Part shown: piece after piece, positions 49,320-57,613 of the stretch
Layout of the letters: every line of letters starts with the position of its first letter
How positions within the stretch are numbered: the stretch's first letter is position 1
Assembly: GCA_947626115.1 (NCBI GenBank)
Contig: CANQQX010000001.1
Span: 10,000-73,999 of the forward strand
DNA: 64,000 nucleotides
DNA from: an uncultured Bacilli bacterium
GTDB taxonomy: Bacteria; Bacillota_I; Bacilli_A; RF39; UBA660
Direction of reading: 5' to 3'
Notes under the pieces: generated by a model
Told to the model about the DNA's origin: nothing
What the model saw: only the letters and a program-made list of their open reading frames with translations
Database searches by the model: none
Program-made: the position numbers and the translations under genes

Positions 49320-49358
49320 TCTTTAAATTTATGGTAAAATAAAAGTAGGGTGACTGCT

Positions 49359-51020
49359 ATGTATAAAAACGATGAAGAATTAAGTAAAATATTAGATGAA
49401 TTATTATTAAACGCAGAAAACGAGTGTGTAGAGTTCAAAAAAGCTGAAAATAATTTTGACGTTGATATTTTAGGCAAATATTTTTCTGCATTGGGTAATG
49501 AGGCAAATTTAAAAAATAAGCAATATTCTTGGATTGTTTTTGGAGTTGATGATAAAACTCACAAATTAACAAATACAAACTTTTACAAAGATAGCAATTT
49601 TAATAAATTAAAAAAGCAAATTTCTGATAATACAACAGATAATATTGGATTTATAGAAATATATGAATTGATAAAAGATAGCAAAAGAGTAATAATGTTT
49701 CAAGTACCAGCGGCTTCGGGAACTCCTATTAATTGGAAAGGGTTTCCTTATGGTAGAAATGGTGAATCTTTAACTTCTTTAACATCAAATAAAATAGAGC
49801 AAATTAAAGCAACAGCAAATTATGATTGGTCAAGACAAGTAATAGAAGATGCAACTATAGATAATCTAGATAAAAAAGCAATTCAAATGGCAAGAGAACA
49901 ATTTAAAATAAAATATAAAGGTAAAAGTATTTCTGATGAAATAGACGATTTATCAGATATTGATTTTTTAAATAAGGCAAAATTGACTTTGAATAATAAA
50001 ATTACAATGGCATGTATGTTATTATTAGGTAATAATGATGATGACTATCTAATGAATGGTTATACACCGAGAATGACTTGGAAATTGTATGATGAATTTA
50101 ATGTTATAGACTATGAACATTTTGGCATTCCTTTTATTGTAAATGTTGAAAAATTAAAAGCAAAGATTAGAAATTTAAGATATAGATATATGGTTAATGA
50201 TAATACATTGTTTCCAAATGAAGTAGATCAATATGATAATTATATTCTTCGGGAATTGATTAATAATTGTATTGTTCATCAAGATTATAAGCTTCGTGGA
50301 AGTATAAATGTTATGGAATTTAAAGATAAACTGATAATAACAAATGAGGGTAATTTTATTCCTGAAACAATTGAAAATGTTTTAAAGGATGGTTTCTCTT
50401 CTCCATATTATAGAAATCAATTTTTGGCTAATGCTATGGTTAATTTAAATATGATTGATACTGTTGGAAGTGGAATAAGAAGAGTATATGATATTCAAAA
50501 GAGAAAATTTTTTCCAATGCCTGATTATGATTTAAGTAGAGATAATCATGTTAAAGTAACTTTATATGGAAAAATTATAGATGAAAAATATAGTAAAATA
50601 TTATTTGAAAAAACAAATTTAGATATAGATAAGGTTATGTTACTTGATAGAGTTCAAAAAAATTATGAAATTACAAAGGAACAATGTGATTATTTAAGAA
50701 AAGATAATTTAATAGAAGGTAGATATCCAAATATTTATATTTCATCTGATATTGCTAAAATAACCGGAAACAAAGAAGAATATGTGTATAATTCCGGATT
50801 AGAAAATGAATTTTATATGGAAATTATTATGAAATATTTGAATGAATATGGTTCAGCAAGTAGAAAAGAGATTGTTGCATTATTGAATGATAAACTTCCT
50901 AAATCATTAGATAATAAGAATAAAATTAATAGAGTAAGATACTTATTAGATGTTCTAAAAAAAGATGGAAAAATTTATAATGATGCAAAATCAGGAGGAT
51001 CATGTTGGAAAGTTAAATGA
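49359..51020 (+). CDS. Schlafen/AlbA_2 + HATPase_c_4 family ATPase (often misannotated as RecG-like), with C-terminal winged-helix
   Basis: N-terminal ENECVEFKKAENNF fits the AlbA_2 (divergent AAA/Schlafen-like) opening. The central FPNEVDQYDNYILRELINNCIVHQDY...IITNEGNFIP fits the HATPase_c_4 pattern. RBS tagggtga before the ATG at 49359; the ORF track starts at 49350. Confidence 0.55.
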   Translation: MYKNDEELSKILDELLLNAENECVEFKKAENNFDVDILGKYFSALGNEANLKNKQYSWIVFGVDDKTHKLTNTNFYKDSNFNKLKKQISDNTTDNIGFIEIYELIKDSKRVIMFQVPAASGTPINWKGFPYGRNGESLTSLTSNKIEQIKATANYDWSRQVIEDATIDNLDKKAIQMAREQFKIKYKGKSISDEIDDLSDIDFLNKAKLTLNNKITMACMLLLGNNDDDYLMNGYTPRMTWKLYDEFNVIDYEHFGIPFIVNVEKLKAKIRNLRYRYMVNDNTLFPNEVDQYDNYILRELINNCIVHQDYKLRGSINVMEFKDKLIITNEGNFIPETIENVLKDGFSSPYYRNQFLANAMVNLNMIDTVGSGIRRVYDIQKRKFFPMPDYDLSRDNHVKVTLYGKIIDEKYSKILFEKTNLDIDKVMLLDRVQKNYEITKEQCDYLRKDNLIEGRYPNIYISSDIAKITGNKEEYVYNSGLENEFYMEIIMKYLNEYGSASRKEIVALLNDKLPKSLDNKNKINRVRYLLDVLKKDGKIYNDAKSGGSCWKVK

Positions 51021-51127
51021 TTTGCTTTTTGTCGCTTTTTTGCCGCCTTTTGCTGCTTTTTTGCCGCTTTTTGCTGCTTTTTTGCCGCTTTTTGCTGCTT
51101 TTTTGCCGCTTTTTGCTGCTTTTTTGA
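51021..51127. repeat. GC-rich tandem repeat of about 4.7 x 21 bp (ttttttgccgctttttgctgc), equivalent to about 10 phased T5-6 tracts at about 10.5-bp spacing
   Basis: Read directly from the sequence. The units sit at 51036, 51057, 51078 and 51099, plus a partial unit at 51021. Each unit consists of two tttttgcNgc half-units. Confidence 0.85.
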
Positions 51128-51167
51128 ATTACATTATTGTGCTGAGTTAAAGATTTTTTAAAAAAAT

Positions 51168-51195
51168 TTGACAAATTAAAAAAATTGTGTATAAT
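51168..51195 (+). promoter_or_regulatory. Strong orphan promoter TTGACA-16-TATAAT immediately downstream of the phased T-tract array
   Basis: TTGACA (51168-51173) and TATAAT (51190-51195), preceded by gtg. Confidence 0.55.
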
Positions 51196-51269
51196 TTTAT
51201 AGCAAGTGAGGAGATATAAACAATTTGTGAGCTATCTCGGGTAAAAAACCTACACAATGAATAATTGGA

Positions 51270-51296
51270 GTCACGAATATTGTTCGTGGCTTTTTC
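51270..51296 (+). terminator. Intrinsic terminator closing a ~95-nt transcript from the 51168 promoter
   Basis: GTCACGAA-tattg-TTCGTGGC (8 bp with one G-U pair) followed by T5. Confidence 0.5.
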
Positions 51297-51591
51297 ATAT
51301 TTTAAACACGAATAATAAGGGGAATAGCACCGGTACATTAAAATATGTATTTTTAAAGTGAGTATGTATAAGTTTAAACGAGCTACATAGGGAGTAATTC
51401 TTACACGCATAATTGCGGAGTCACTATCATTTTAATATGGTATTTGACAACGCAATTTTTTATTTTAGTTATAATTGTTATTGATGGGAAAATAATATGT
51501 TATTTATTTAAATAATAACTTAAAAAAAACAAGTTTTTTTAGTATCCCATACCAAAATTAGTCACTGAAAAGTGGCTTTTTAAAATAATTA

Positions 51592-51867
51592 AATATTAAA
51601 GAATTAATTAATTTTTTAAGAGATTTGTTTTTAAAAAGTTTTGCTGGAGTATCAACTAAACATTTACAACAATATTTAGATTGGTTTGTATATCAAAAAT
51701 ATTTAACATATAGTATAGAAATTTTAGAACAACCACAAGTACTTATGAATTATGCACTTAGTAGAAAATCATATATAAAAATTTCTGACATTTACTCTAT
51801 GGATTTTCCAGTTAACATATATGATATTTATTCCGACTATAATTTTTCTCCATCACCTCAAATCTAA
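51592..51867 (+). pseudogene. IS1595-family transposase C-terminal remnant
   Basis: ...FLKSFAGVSTKHLQQYLDWFVYQ matches the IS1595 transposase C-terminal motif (SFWS..K....HVSKKHLQRYLDEFAFRYN). In-frame stops lie immediately upstream, so only about 40 codons of transposase-like sequence remain. Confidence 0.4.
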
Positions 51868-51909
51868 TACACAGCAAAAAAATTAAAAAAATTATATGAT
51901 AAAATTTAA

Positions 51910-52713
51910 ATGAGAGGTGATAATGTGGAAGAAAGAAAAGAAGAAGAACAATTTTATCAAAATCTATTAGTGGCAGGTGATGATTTACCTGAAAATATTG
52001 CTAATACTCCAATTAAGGATTTAGAATTATCTAATAGAATTAAAAATTCTCTTACAAAAAGAATGAGAATAACTACATTAGGTCAATTATTAAGAACTGA
52101 TTATAATTATTTTCTTAGGGCATGTAGATGCCATAGTTATCTAGGAGAACTAGCTATAAAAGAAATAAAAGATTTTATTCATAATTTAGGTTATATATTC
52201 CCTAATGAATACCCATCTATGAAAGAAATTACAAATGCAAAAAAAGCTAAAGGTATAAAATTATTAGAAGATTATGGTTTCTCTACTCGACTTTGTGGTG
52301 CTTTATATAGAAATGGTATTTTTACCCTTGAAGATTTACAAGCTGTTGGTAGTGTAGTAGAAAAACTAGAGGGTGTTGGTCCTATAAAAGTTAAAGAATT
52401 ATATGAAAAATTAGAAAAATTACAAATAGGATTAGAAGATAAAACTCCTGAAACTGTTAAATTAGCAAATCCTAAATTAGTTGCAAATGGTTTAGAATTT
52501 GCCCCAACAGTTGAGAAAATGCAAGAACTTCAACAATCAAATGAAGAAATAAGAAATAGAATTGCACAAAAAGAATTATTATTAAAAGAGTATGAAGAAA
52601 TACTTCGTGAAAGAGAAGACTTGCTTAAAAAGGAAAGAGAATTAGATGATTTGATTGCTAAAAAGTTACAAGAATTATCTAATAACAAAGGAGCTGAAAT
52701 CAATGGACGATAA
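51910..52713 (+). CDS. Protein with two tandem RNA polymerase alpha-subunit C-terminal-domain (alpha-CTD)-like HhH modules plus C-terminal coiled coil
   Basis: IKDLELSNRIKNSLTKRMRITTLGQLL...GELAIKEIKDFIHNLGY fits the alpha-CTD pattern (LeLSvR..N.L....I.T.g.L.......G.....EI...L...G). LLEDYGFSTRLCGALYRNGIFTLEDLQAV...GVGPIKVKELYEKL is a second copy. Confidence 0.5.
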   Translation: MRGDNVEERKEEEQFYQNLLVAGDDLPENIANTPIKDLELSNRIKNSLTKRMRITTLGQLLRTDYNYFLRACRCHSYLGELAIKEIKDFIHNLGYIFPNEYPSMKEITNAKKAKGIKLLEDYGFSTRLCGALYRNGIFTLEDLQAVGSVVEKLEGVGPIKVKELYEKLEKLQIGLEDKTPETVKLANPKLVANGLEFAPTVEKMQELQQSNEEIRNRIAQKELLLKEYEEILREREDLLKKERELDDLIAKKLQELSNNKGAEINGR

Positions 52714-52864
52714 TAGTATATTAGCAATGTTGCATTTAGATTCTGAAATAGAAGATTTGAAAGAAGAAATAAAAAGATTAAAAACAATTAATGAATTAAC
52801 TAAAATAAATATTGAAAAGAAAAAATTATATTTAGAAAAATTAAATATAGAAAGTAATAATTAA
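52703..52864 (+). CDS. Small coiled-coil protein, hypothetical
   Basis: About 53 aa from MDDNSILAML..., overlapping the end of the previous gene. Weak call. Confidence 0.3.
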   Translation: MDDNSILAMLHLDSEIEDLKEEIKRLKTINELTKINIEKKKLYLEKLNIESNN

Positions 52865-52923
52865 AAGAGACTAGATTTTAATCTCTTTTTTTTGCTAAAA
52901 TATTATGTAGAAAGAGTGATTGT

Positions 52924-53565
52924 ATGAAAAAGATTATTTTAAGTTTATTAGTATGTTTATTTTTATTTACTGGTTGTGGTAGTAATAATTTAGAATCTGG
53001 AGAAATTGAAGGATATGCTTATGAAGAAACTGATAAAGTAACAAATTATGTTAAAATAGTAACAAATAGAGATAAAGTTATTATTGCGGAGTTATATCCC
53101 GATATTGCACCTGAAACTGTAGCTAATTTCCAAAAATTAGTTAAAGAAAAATTTTATGATAAATTAATATTTCATCGCGTAATTAAAGATTTTATGATTC
53201 AAACTGGTGATCCTTTAGGTAATGGTACCGGTGGTAGTGATGAAACTATTAAAGGTGAATTTAAAGAAAATGGCTTTGAAAATACTTTAAAACATGATTA
53301 TGGCGTACTATCAATGGCAAGACAAGATGACCAAAATCCAGATACCACAGATGATTTTAATAGTGCTAGTAGTCAGTTCTTTATTTGTGTTAATAGTAAC
53401 GAGAATTTAAGTTATTTAGATGGAAATTATGCTGCCTTTGGTAAAGTAATCGCGGGTTATGATGCCGTTGAAGAAATCTCTAAAGTAGAAACTGATGAAT
53501 ATGATAAACCAATAAATACCGAAATGATGCGGACAGTTAGATTTGTTAAAGTATCTAAAAAATAA
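52924..53565 (+). CDS. Cyclophilin-type peptidyl-prolyl cis-trans isomerase, lipoprotein
   Basis: Lipobox LFTGCGS, with FHRVIKDFMIQTGDPLGNGTGG as the cyclophilin signature. Confidence 0.85.
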   Translation: MKKIILSLLVCLFLFTGCGSNNLESGEIEGYAYEETDKVTNYVKIVTNRDKVIIAELYPDIAPETVANFQKLVKEKFYDKLIFHRVIKDFMIQTGDPLGNGTGGSDETIKGEFKENGFENTLKHDYGVLSMARQDDQNPDTTDDFNSASSQFFICVNSNENLSYLDGNYAAFGKVIAGYDAVEEISKVETDEYDKPINTEMMRTVRFVKVSKK

Positions 53566-53623
53566 GAGTCATTAATTTGACTTTTTTATTTGGTTGAGTA
53601 TAATACCAATTCAAGGGGATAAT

Positions 53624-54475
53624 ATGTTAAAAGAATTAGATGCTAAAAATATGAAAGTTGTTTATCAACATGCTTTTTTCAAATTAATTAGAGTAAGTGA
53701 AGAAGGTAAAGATAAATTAGATCCTATTATATTTATTGAAGGACAAATGGGATGTTTTACACAATATTTAGAAAATAGATTTGCTAAGAATAAAGATACT
53801 TGTTATCAATATCAAAAATATTTTGAATATGATGATGAAATAAATACTCCTTATATATTTTTATATAATTATCCTATTAATAGTAATCATAAAGATATTA
53901 TTACTAATGATCTATTTGCTAAAGCTTTAATGGTAGCACTAGAAATATTAAAATTAGAAAATGTTACAATTATGGGAATTAGTAATGGTGGTATGATTGG
54001 TACACTTGCAAGTAATAGTAAAAGAGTAAGTAGAGTAATTACTTTACATGCCCCAATATTTGGTGTACCACTTTTACAAAGAGATAAATTAGATTTAATC
54101 AAAAAAGAAATGTATTTACCAGAAAGATTTATTTATGATTTATCTAAATTATATATAAATAATAATTTTGGCTTTATGCAAGAAAATAAGAATGGTTTTA
54201 GTGATTTACAAGATATTTGTGATTTAGATAAAATTACTTTTACAAATAGTGATATAGTAAATAATATAAGTAAAAATAAATTAGCAAATTATCTTGCTTA
54301 TATGAATTATCTTTTATTAGGAATTCGTTCAGATGGCATTGTAACCTTTGATAAAGAAAGAATTAAAAAAGAAGGTATTAATTTTATCGAAGAAAAAGGT
54401 ATTAGTCATTTTGAATTAGGTACACCAAATTATACCAATGCTTATTATGAAAAACTTGTTAGAATTAAAAAATAA
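53624..54475 (+). CDS. Alpha/beta hydrolase (GXSXG lipase/esterase-like)
   Basis: Nucleophile elbow GISNGG, with a conserved Asp and His downstream. RBS aagggga before the ATG at 53624. Confidence 0.55.
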   Translation: MLKELDAKNMKVVYQHAFFKLIRVSEEGKDKLDPIIFIEGQMGCFTQYLENRFAKNKDTCYQYQKYFEYDDEINTPYIFLYNYPINSNHKDIITNDLFAKALMVALEILKLENVTIMGISNGGMIGTLASNSKRVSRVITLHAPIFGVPLLQRDKLDLIKKEMYLPERFIYDLSKLYINNNFGFMQENKNGFSDLQDICDLDKITFTNSDIVNNISKNKLANYLAYMNYLLLGIRSDGIVTFDKERIKKEGINFIEEKGISHFELGTPNYTNAYYEKLVRIKK

Positions 54476-54659
54476 TGTATAAAAATAAATAGATGGTTAA
54501 TAATAATAGTGTAGAGGTTGACTCTACGAAAAAGAGAGCGCTTATTTTTAGTGCTCTTTTGTTATTTAATATTGACTTACATACATTCGTTTGTTATTAA
54601 ATTAATGCTTGAATATTTTAAAAAAAGTATTAAAATATTTTAGAAAAGTGGGTGTTTTT

Positions 54660-57476
54660 ATGGATAAAATAATTATTCGGGGTGCAAGAGAAAATAATTT
54701 AAAAAATGTTGATTTAGAGTTACCTAAAAATAAATTAATTGTTATGACGGGAGTATCAGGTAGTGGTAAAAGTAGTCTTGCTTTTGATACCATTTATGCT
54801 GAAGGGGAAAGAAGATATGTTGAAAGCTTATCTGCTTATGCTCGTCAATTTATAGGTAATAGTGAAAAACCTGATGTTGATTCAATTGAAGGACTTTCAC
54901 CAAGTATTTCAATTGACCAAAAAACTACGAATAAAAACCCAAGATCAACTGTTGGTACTATAACTGAATTATATGATTATTTAAGATTACTTTATTCAAG
55001 AATTGGTATTCCTTATTGTCCTACTCATAAAATACCTATAAAAAGCCAAAGTATTGAAGAAATGACTAATAAAATTTTAGCTTTAGAAGAAGGCACTAAA
55101 ATAGAAATATATGCTCCAGTAGTTAGAAGTGAAAAAGGAACGCATAAAGATTTAATTGAGGATTTAAGAAGTAAAGGATATACTAAAATTAAAGTTAATG
55201 GGGTAATGTATAATGCTACTGATGAGATAACTTTAGAAAAAAATATTAAAGATGATATTTATGTTTTAATAGATAAACTACTAGTGACACCTGATGAGCG
55301 AAGCCGAATTTTTGAAGCTGTTGAAACTAGTTGTAAGATGGCCAAAGGCTTAGTAATTATTCGCATTAATGATGAAGAAGATATGTTAATGAGTGAAAAT
55401 TATGCTTGTCCATATTGTAACTTTTCCATATCTGAACTTGAACCAAGAATGTTTTCCTTTAACTCACCATATGGAGCTTGTGATGAATGTAAGGGGCTTG
55501 GCACAAAACTTAAAATAAGTGAAGATTTACTAATACCTGATCGTAATAAAAGTATCAAAAAAGGGGCAATTGTTGCTATTAATCTTGATAATAATATGTA
55601 TATGAGTAGTTTAAAGACAGTTGCGGAACATTATAATATTGATTTAGATATACCTGTTAAAGATATGCCTAAAAAAGATTTAGATATTATTCTTTATGGT
55701 ACGAAAGATATTATGGATTTTCATTATGTAGCTAAAAATGGTAGTACGAGAGATACTAAATCAAGATATGAAGGTATTATTAATAATTTAGAAAGAAGAT
55801 ATTTAGAAACTAATTCATCTTGGATAAGAGAGTGGATTGAAGGCTTTATGGTTGAATCTACTTGTGAATGTTGTCATGGTACAAGATTAAAAGATGAAAT
55901 TCTAGCAGTTAAAATAAATAAGAAAAATATTTATGAAATGACCGAAATGGCGATTGATGAATTAAGAGATTTCTTAAATAATTTAAAACTTACAAAAGAA
56001 GAAGAAGAAATTAGCCGTTTATTATTAAAAGAAATACTTGCGAGATTAGATTTTTTAATGAATGTTGGTCTTAATTATTTAACTTTAGCTAGAAGTGCGG
56101 CATCATTATCTGGCGGTGAAGCCCAAAGAATTAGACTAGCTACCCAAATAGGTAGTAAACTTTCTGGTGTTTTATATGTTTTAGATGAGCCATCAATAGG
56201 GCTTCATCAAAGAGATAATGAAAAGTTAATTAATTCCCTAAAAGAAATGCGAGATTTAGGTAATACTTTAATTGTCGTTGAACATGATACTGATACAATG
56301 CTTGCAGCTGATTATTTAGTAGATGTTGGTCCTGGTGCAGGGGAAGCTGGTGGCTATATTGTTGCTAAAGGTACGCCAGAAGAAGTAATGAAATGTGATG
56401 AAAGTATTACGGGTCGTTATTTAAATGGAAAAGAGAAAATTGAAATACCGAAAAAACATCGTAAAGGAAATGGCCAATTCTTAGAAGTAAAGGGAGCAGC
56501 GGAAAATAACTTAAATAATATTAATGTTAAATTCCCACTTAATAAATTTATTGTGGTAACAGGTGTTTCTGGTTCTGGAAAAAGTACATTAGTAAATGAA
56601 ATACTTTATAAAACATTACATCGCGAATTCTATAAATCAAAAGATATTCCTGGTAAATGCAAAAAAATACTCGGAATGCAAAATGTTGATAAAGTAGTAA
56701 ATATCAGTCAAGATGCAATAGGTAGAACACCTAGAAGTAATCCTGCTACATATGTTGGGGTATTTGATGATATTCGTGATGTCTTTGCTAATATGAAAGA
56801 GTCTAAAATGCGTGGTTATGATAAAGGAAGATTCTCATTTAATGTTAAAGGCGGAAGATGTGAAGCTTGTTGGGGTGATGGTGTTAAGAAAATTGAAATG
56901 CACTTCTTACCTGATGTCTATGTTCCGTGTGATGTCTGTGGTGGTAAACGCTATAATAAAGAAACTTTAGACGTTAAATTTAAAGGTAAAAGTATTGCTG
57001 ATGTTCTAGATATGCGGGTTAGTGAAGCCCTACCATTCTTTGAAAATATCCCAAAAGTTAGAGATAAATTACAAGTTATGTATGATGTTGGTTTATCTTA
57101 TATAACTCTTGGTCAAGGAGCACCTACTTTATCCGGTGGTGAAGCAGGAAGAGTAAAACTTGCGAAAGAATTACAAAAGAAACCTACCGGTAAATCAGTC
57201 TTTATCTTAGATGAACCTACTACTGGTCTTCATTCAGCTGATATTAAAAAATTGCTTGAAGTTTTAAATCGTATTGTGGATAATGGTGATACCGTTATTG
57301 TTATTGAACATAACCTAGATGTTATTAAACAAGCTGATTATATTATTGATTTAGGCCCTGAAGGTGGAAAATTTGGTGGTAATGTAATTGCTACTGGTAC
57401 ACCAGAAGAAGTTGCTAAAGTAGAAGAATCTTATACAGGCCAATTTTTAAAGAAAATATTTGCCAAAGAGAAGTAA
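54660..57476 (+). CDS. uvrA: Excinuclease ABC subunit A
   Basis: Two ABC modules (GVSGSGKSSL and GVSGSGKSTL), zinc fingers and LSGGEAQR signature motifs. Start taken at MDKIIIRGAREN. Confidence 0.95.
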   Translation: MDKIIIRGARENNLKNVDLELPKNKLIVMTGVSGSGKSSLAFDTIYAEGERRYVESLSAYARQFIGNSEKPDVDSIEGLSPSISIDQKTTNKNPRSTVGTITELYDYLRLLYSRIGIPYCPTHKIPIKSQSIEEMTNKILALEEGTKIEIYAPVVRSEKGTHKDLIEDLRSKGYTKIKVNGVMYNATDEITLEKNIKDDIYVLIDKLLVTPDERSRIFEAVETSCKMAKGLVIIRINDEEDMLMSENYACPYCNFSISELEPRMFSFNSPYGACDECKGLGTKLKISEDLLIPDRNKSIKKGAIVAINLDNNMYMSSLKTVAEHYNIDLDIPVKDMPKKDLDIILYGTKDIMDFHYVAKNGSTRDTKSRYEGIINNLERRYLETNSSWIREWIEGFMVESTCECCHGTRLKDEILAVKINKKNIYEMTEMAIDELRDFLNNLKLTKEEEEISRLLLKEILARLDFLMNVGLNYLTLARSAASLSGGEAQRIRLATQIGSKLSGVLYVLDEPSIGLHQRDNEKLINSLKEMRDLGNTLIVVEHDTDTMLAADYLVDVGPGAGEAGGYIVAKGTPEEVMKCDESITGRYLNGKEKIEIPKKHRKGNGQFLEVKGAAENNLNNINVKFPLNKFIVVTGVSGSGKSTLVNEILYKTLHREFYKSKDIPGKCKKILGMQNVDKVVNISQDAIGRTPRSNPATYVGVFDDIRDVFANMKESKMRGYDKGRFSFNVKGGRCEACWGDGVKKIEMHFLPDVYVPCDVCGGKRYNKETLDVKFKGKSIADVLDMRVSEALPFFENIPKVRDKLQVMYDVGLSYITLGQGAPTLSGGEAGRVKLAKELQKKPTGKSVFILDEPTTGLHSADIKKLLEVLNRIVDNGDTVIVIEHNLDVIKQADYIIDLGPEGGKFGGNVIATGTPEEVAKVEESYTGQFLKKIFAKEK

Positions 57477-57490
57477 AATTCTCTTTTTTA
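57466..57490 (+). terminator. Rho-independent terminator after uvrA
   Basis: GAGAA-gtaaaa-TTCTC followed by T6. Confidence 0.5.
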
Positions 57491-57613
57491 CATTAATAAA
57501 CAATTTCATTAAAATGAAATTACTTTATACATAGGAAATGAAAATTTTTAAATTTTTACTTGAATAAATTTTTAAATAAAGTATAATTTAATAGGCATAT
57601 AAGGAGAACAATT

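Noticed and set aside
51021-51127. Possible CRISPR array
   Set aside because: The repeats are contiguous with no spacers, the units are 21 bp with internal half-repeats, and no cas genes are nearby.
50965-51150. 61-aa ORF (…FLPPFAAFLPLFAAFLPLFAAFL…)
   Set aside because: It is simply the translation of the 21-bp tandem DNA repeat. It has no RBS and is treated as a repeat, not a gene.
51147-51410. 87-aa minus-strand ORF in the non-coding block
   Set aside because: It spans the orphan promoter and terminator hairpin, has no RBS and translates to low-complexity sequence. The region is better explained as non-coding RNA or regulatory DNA.
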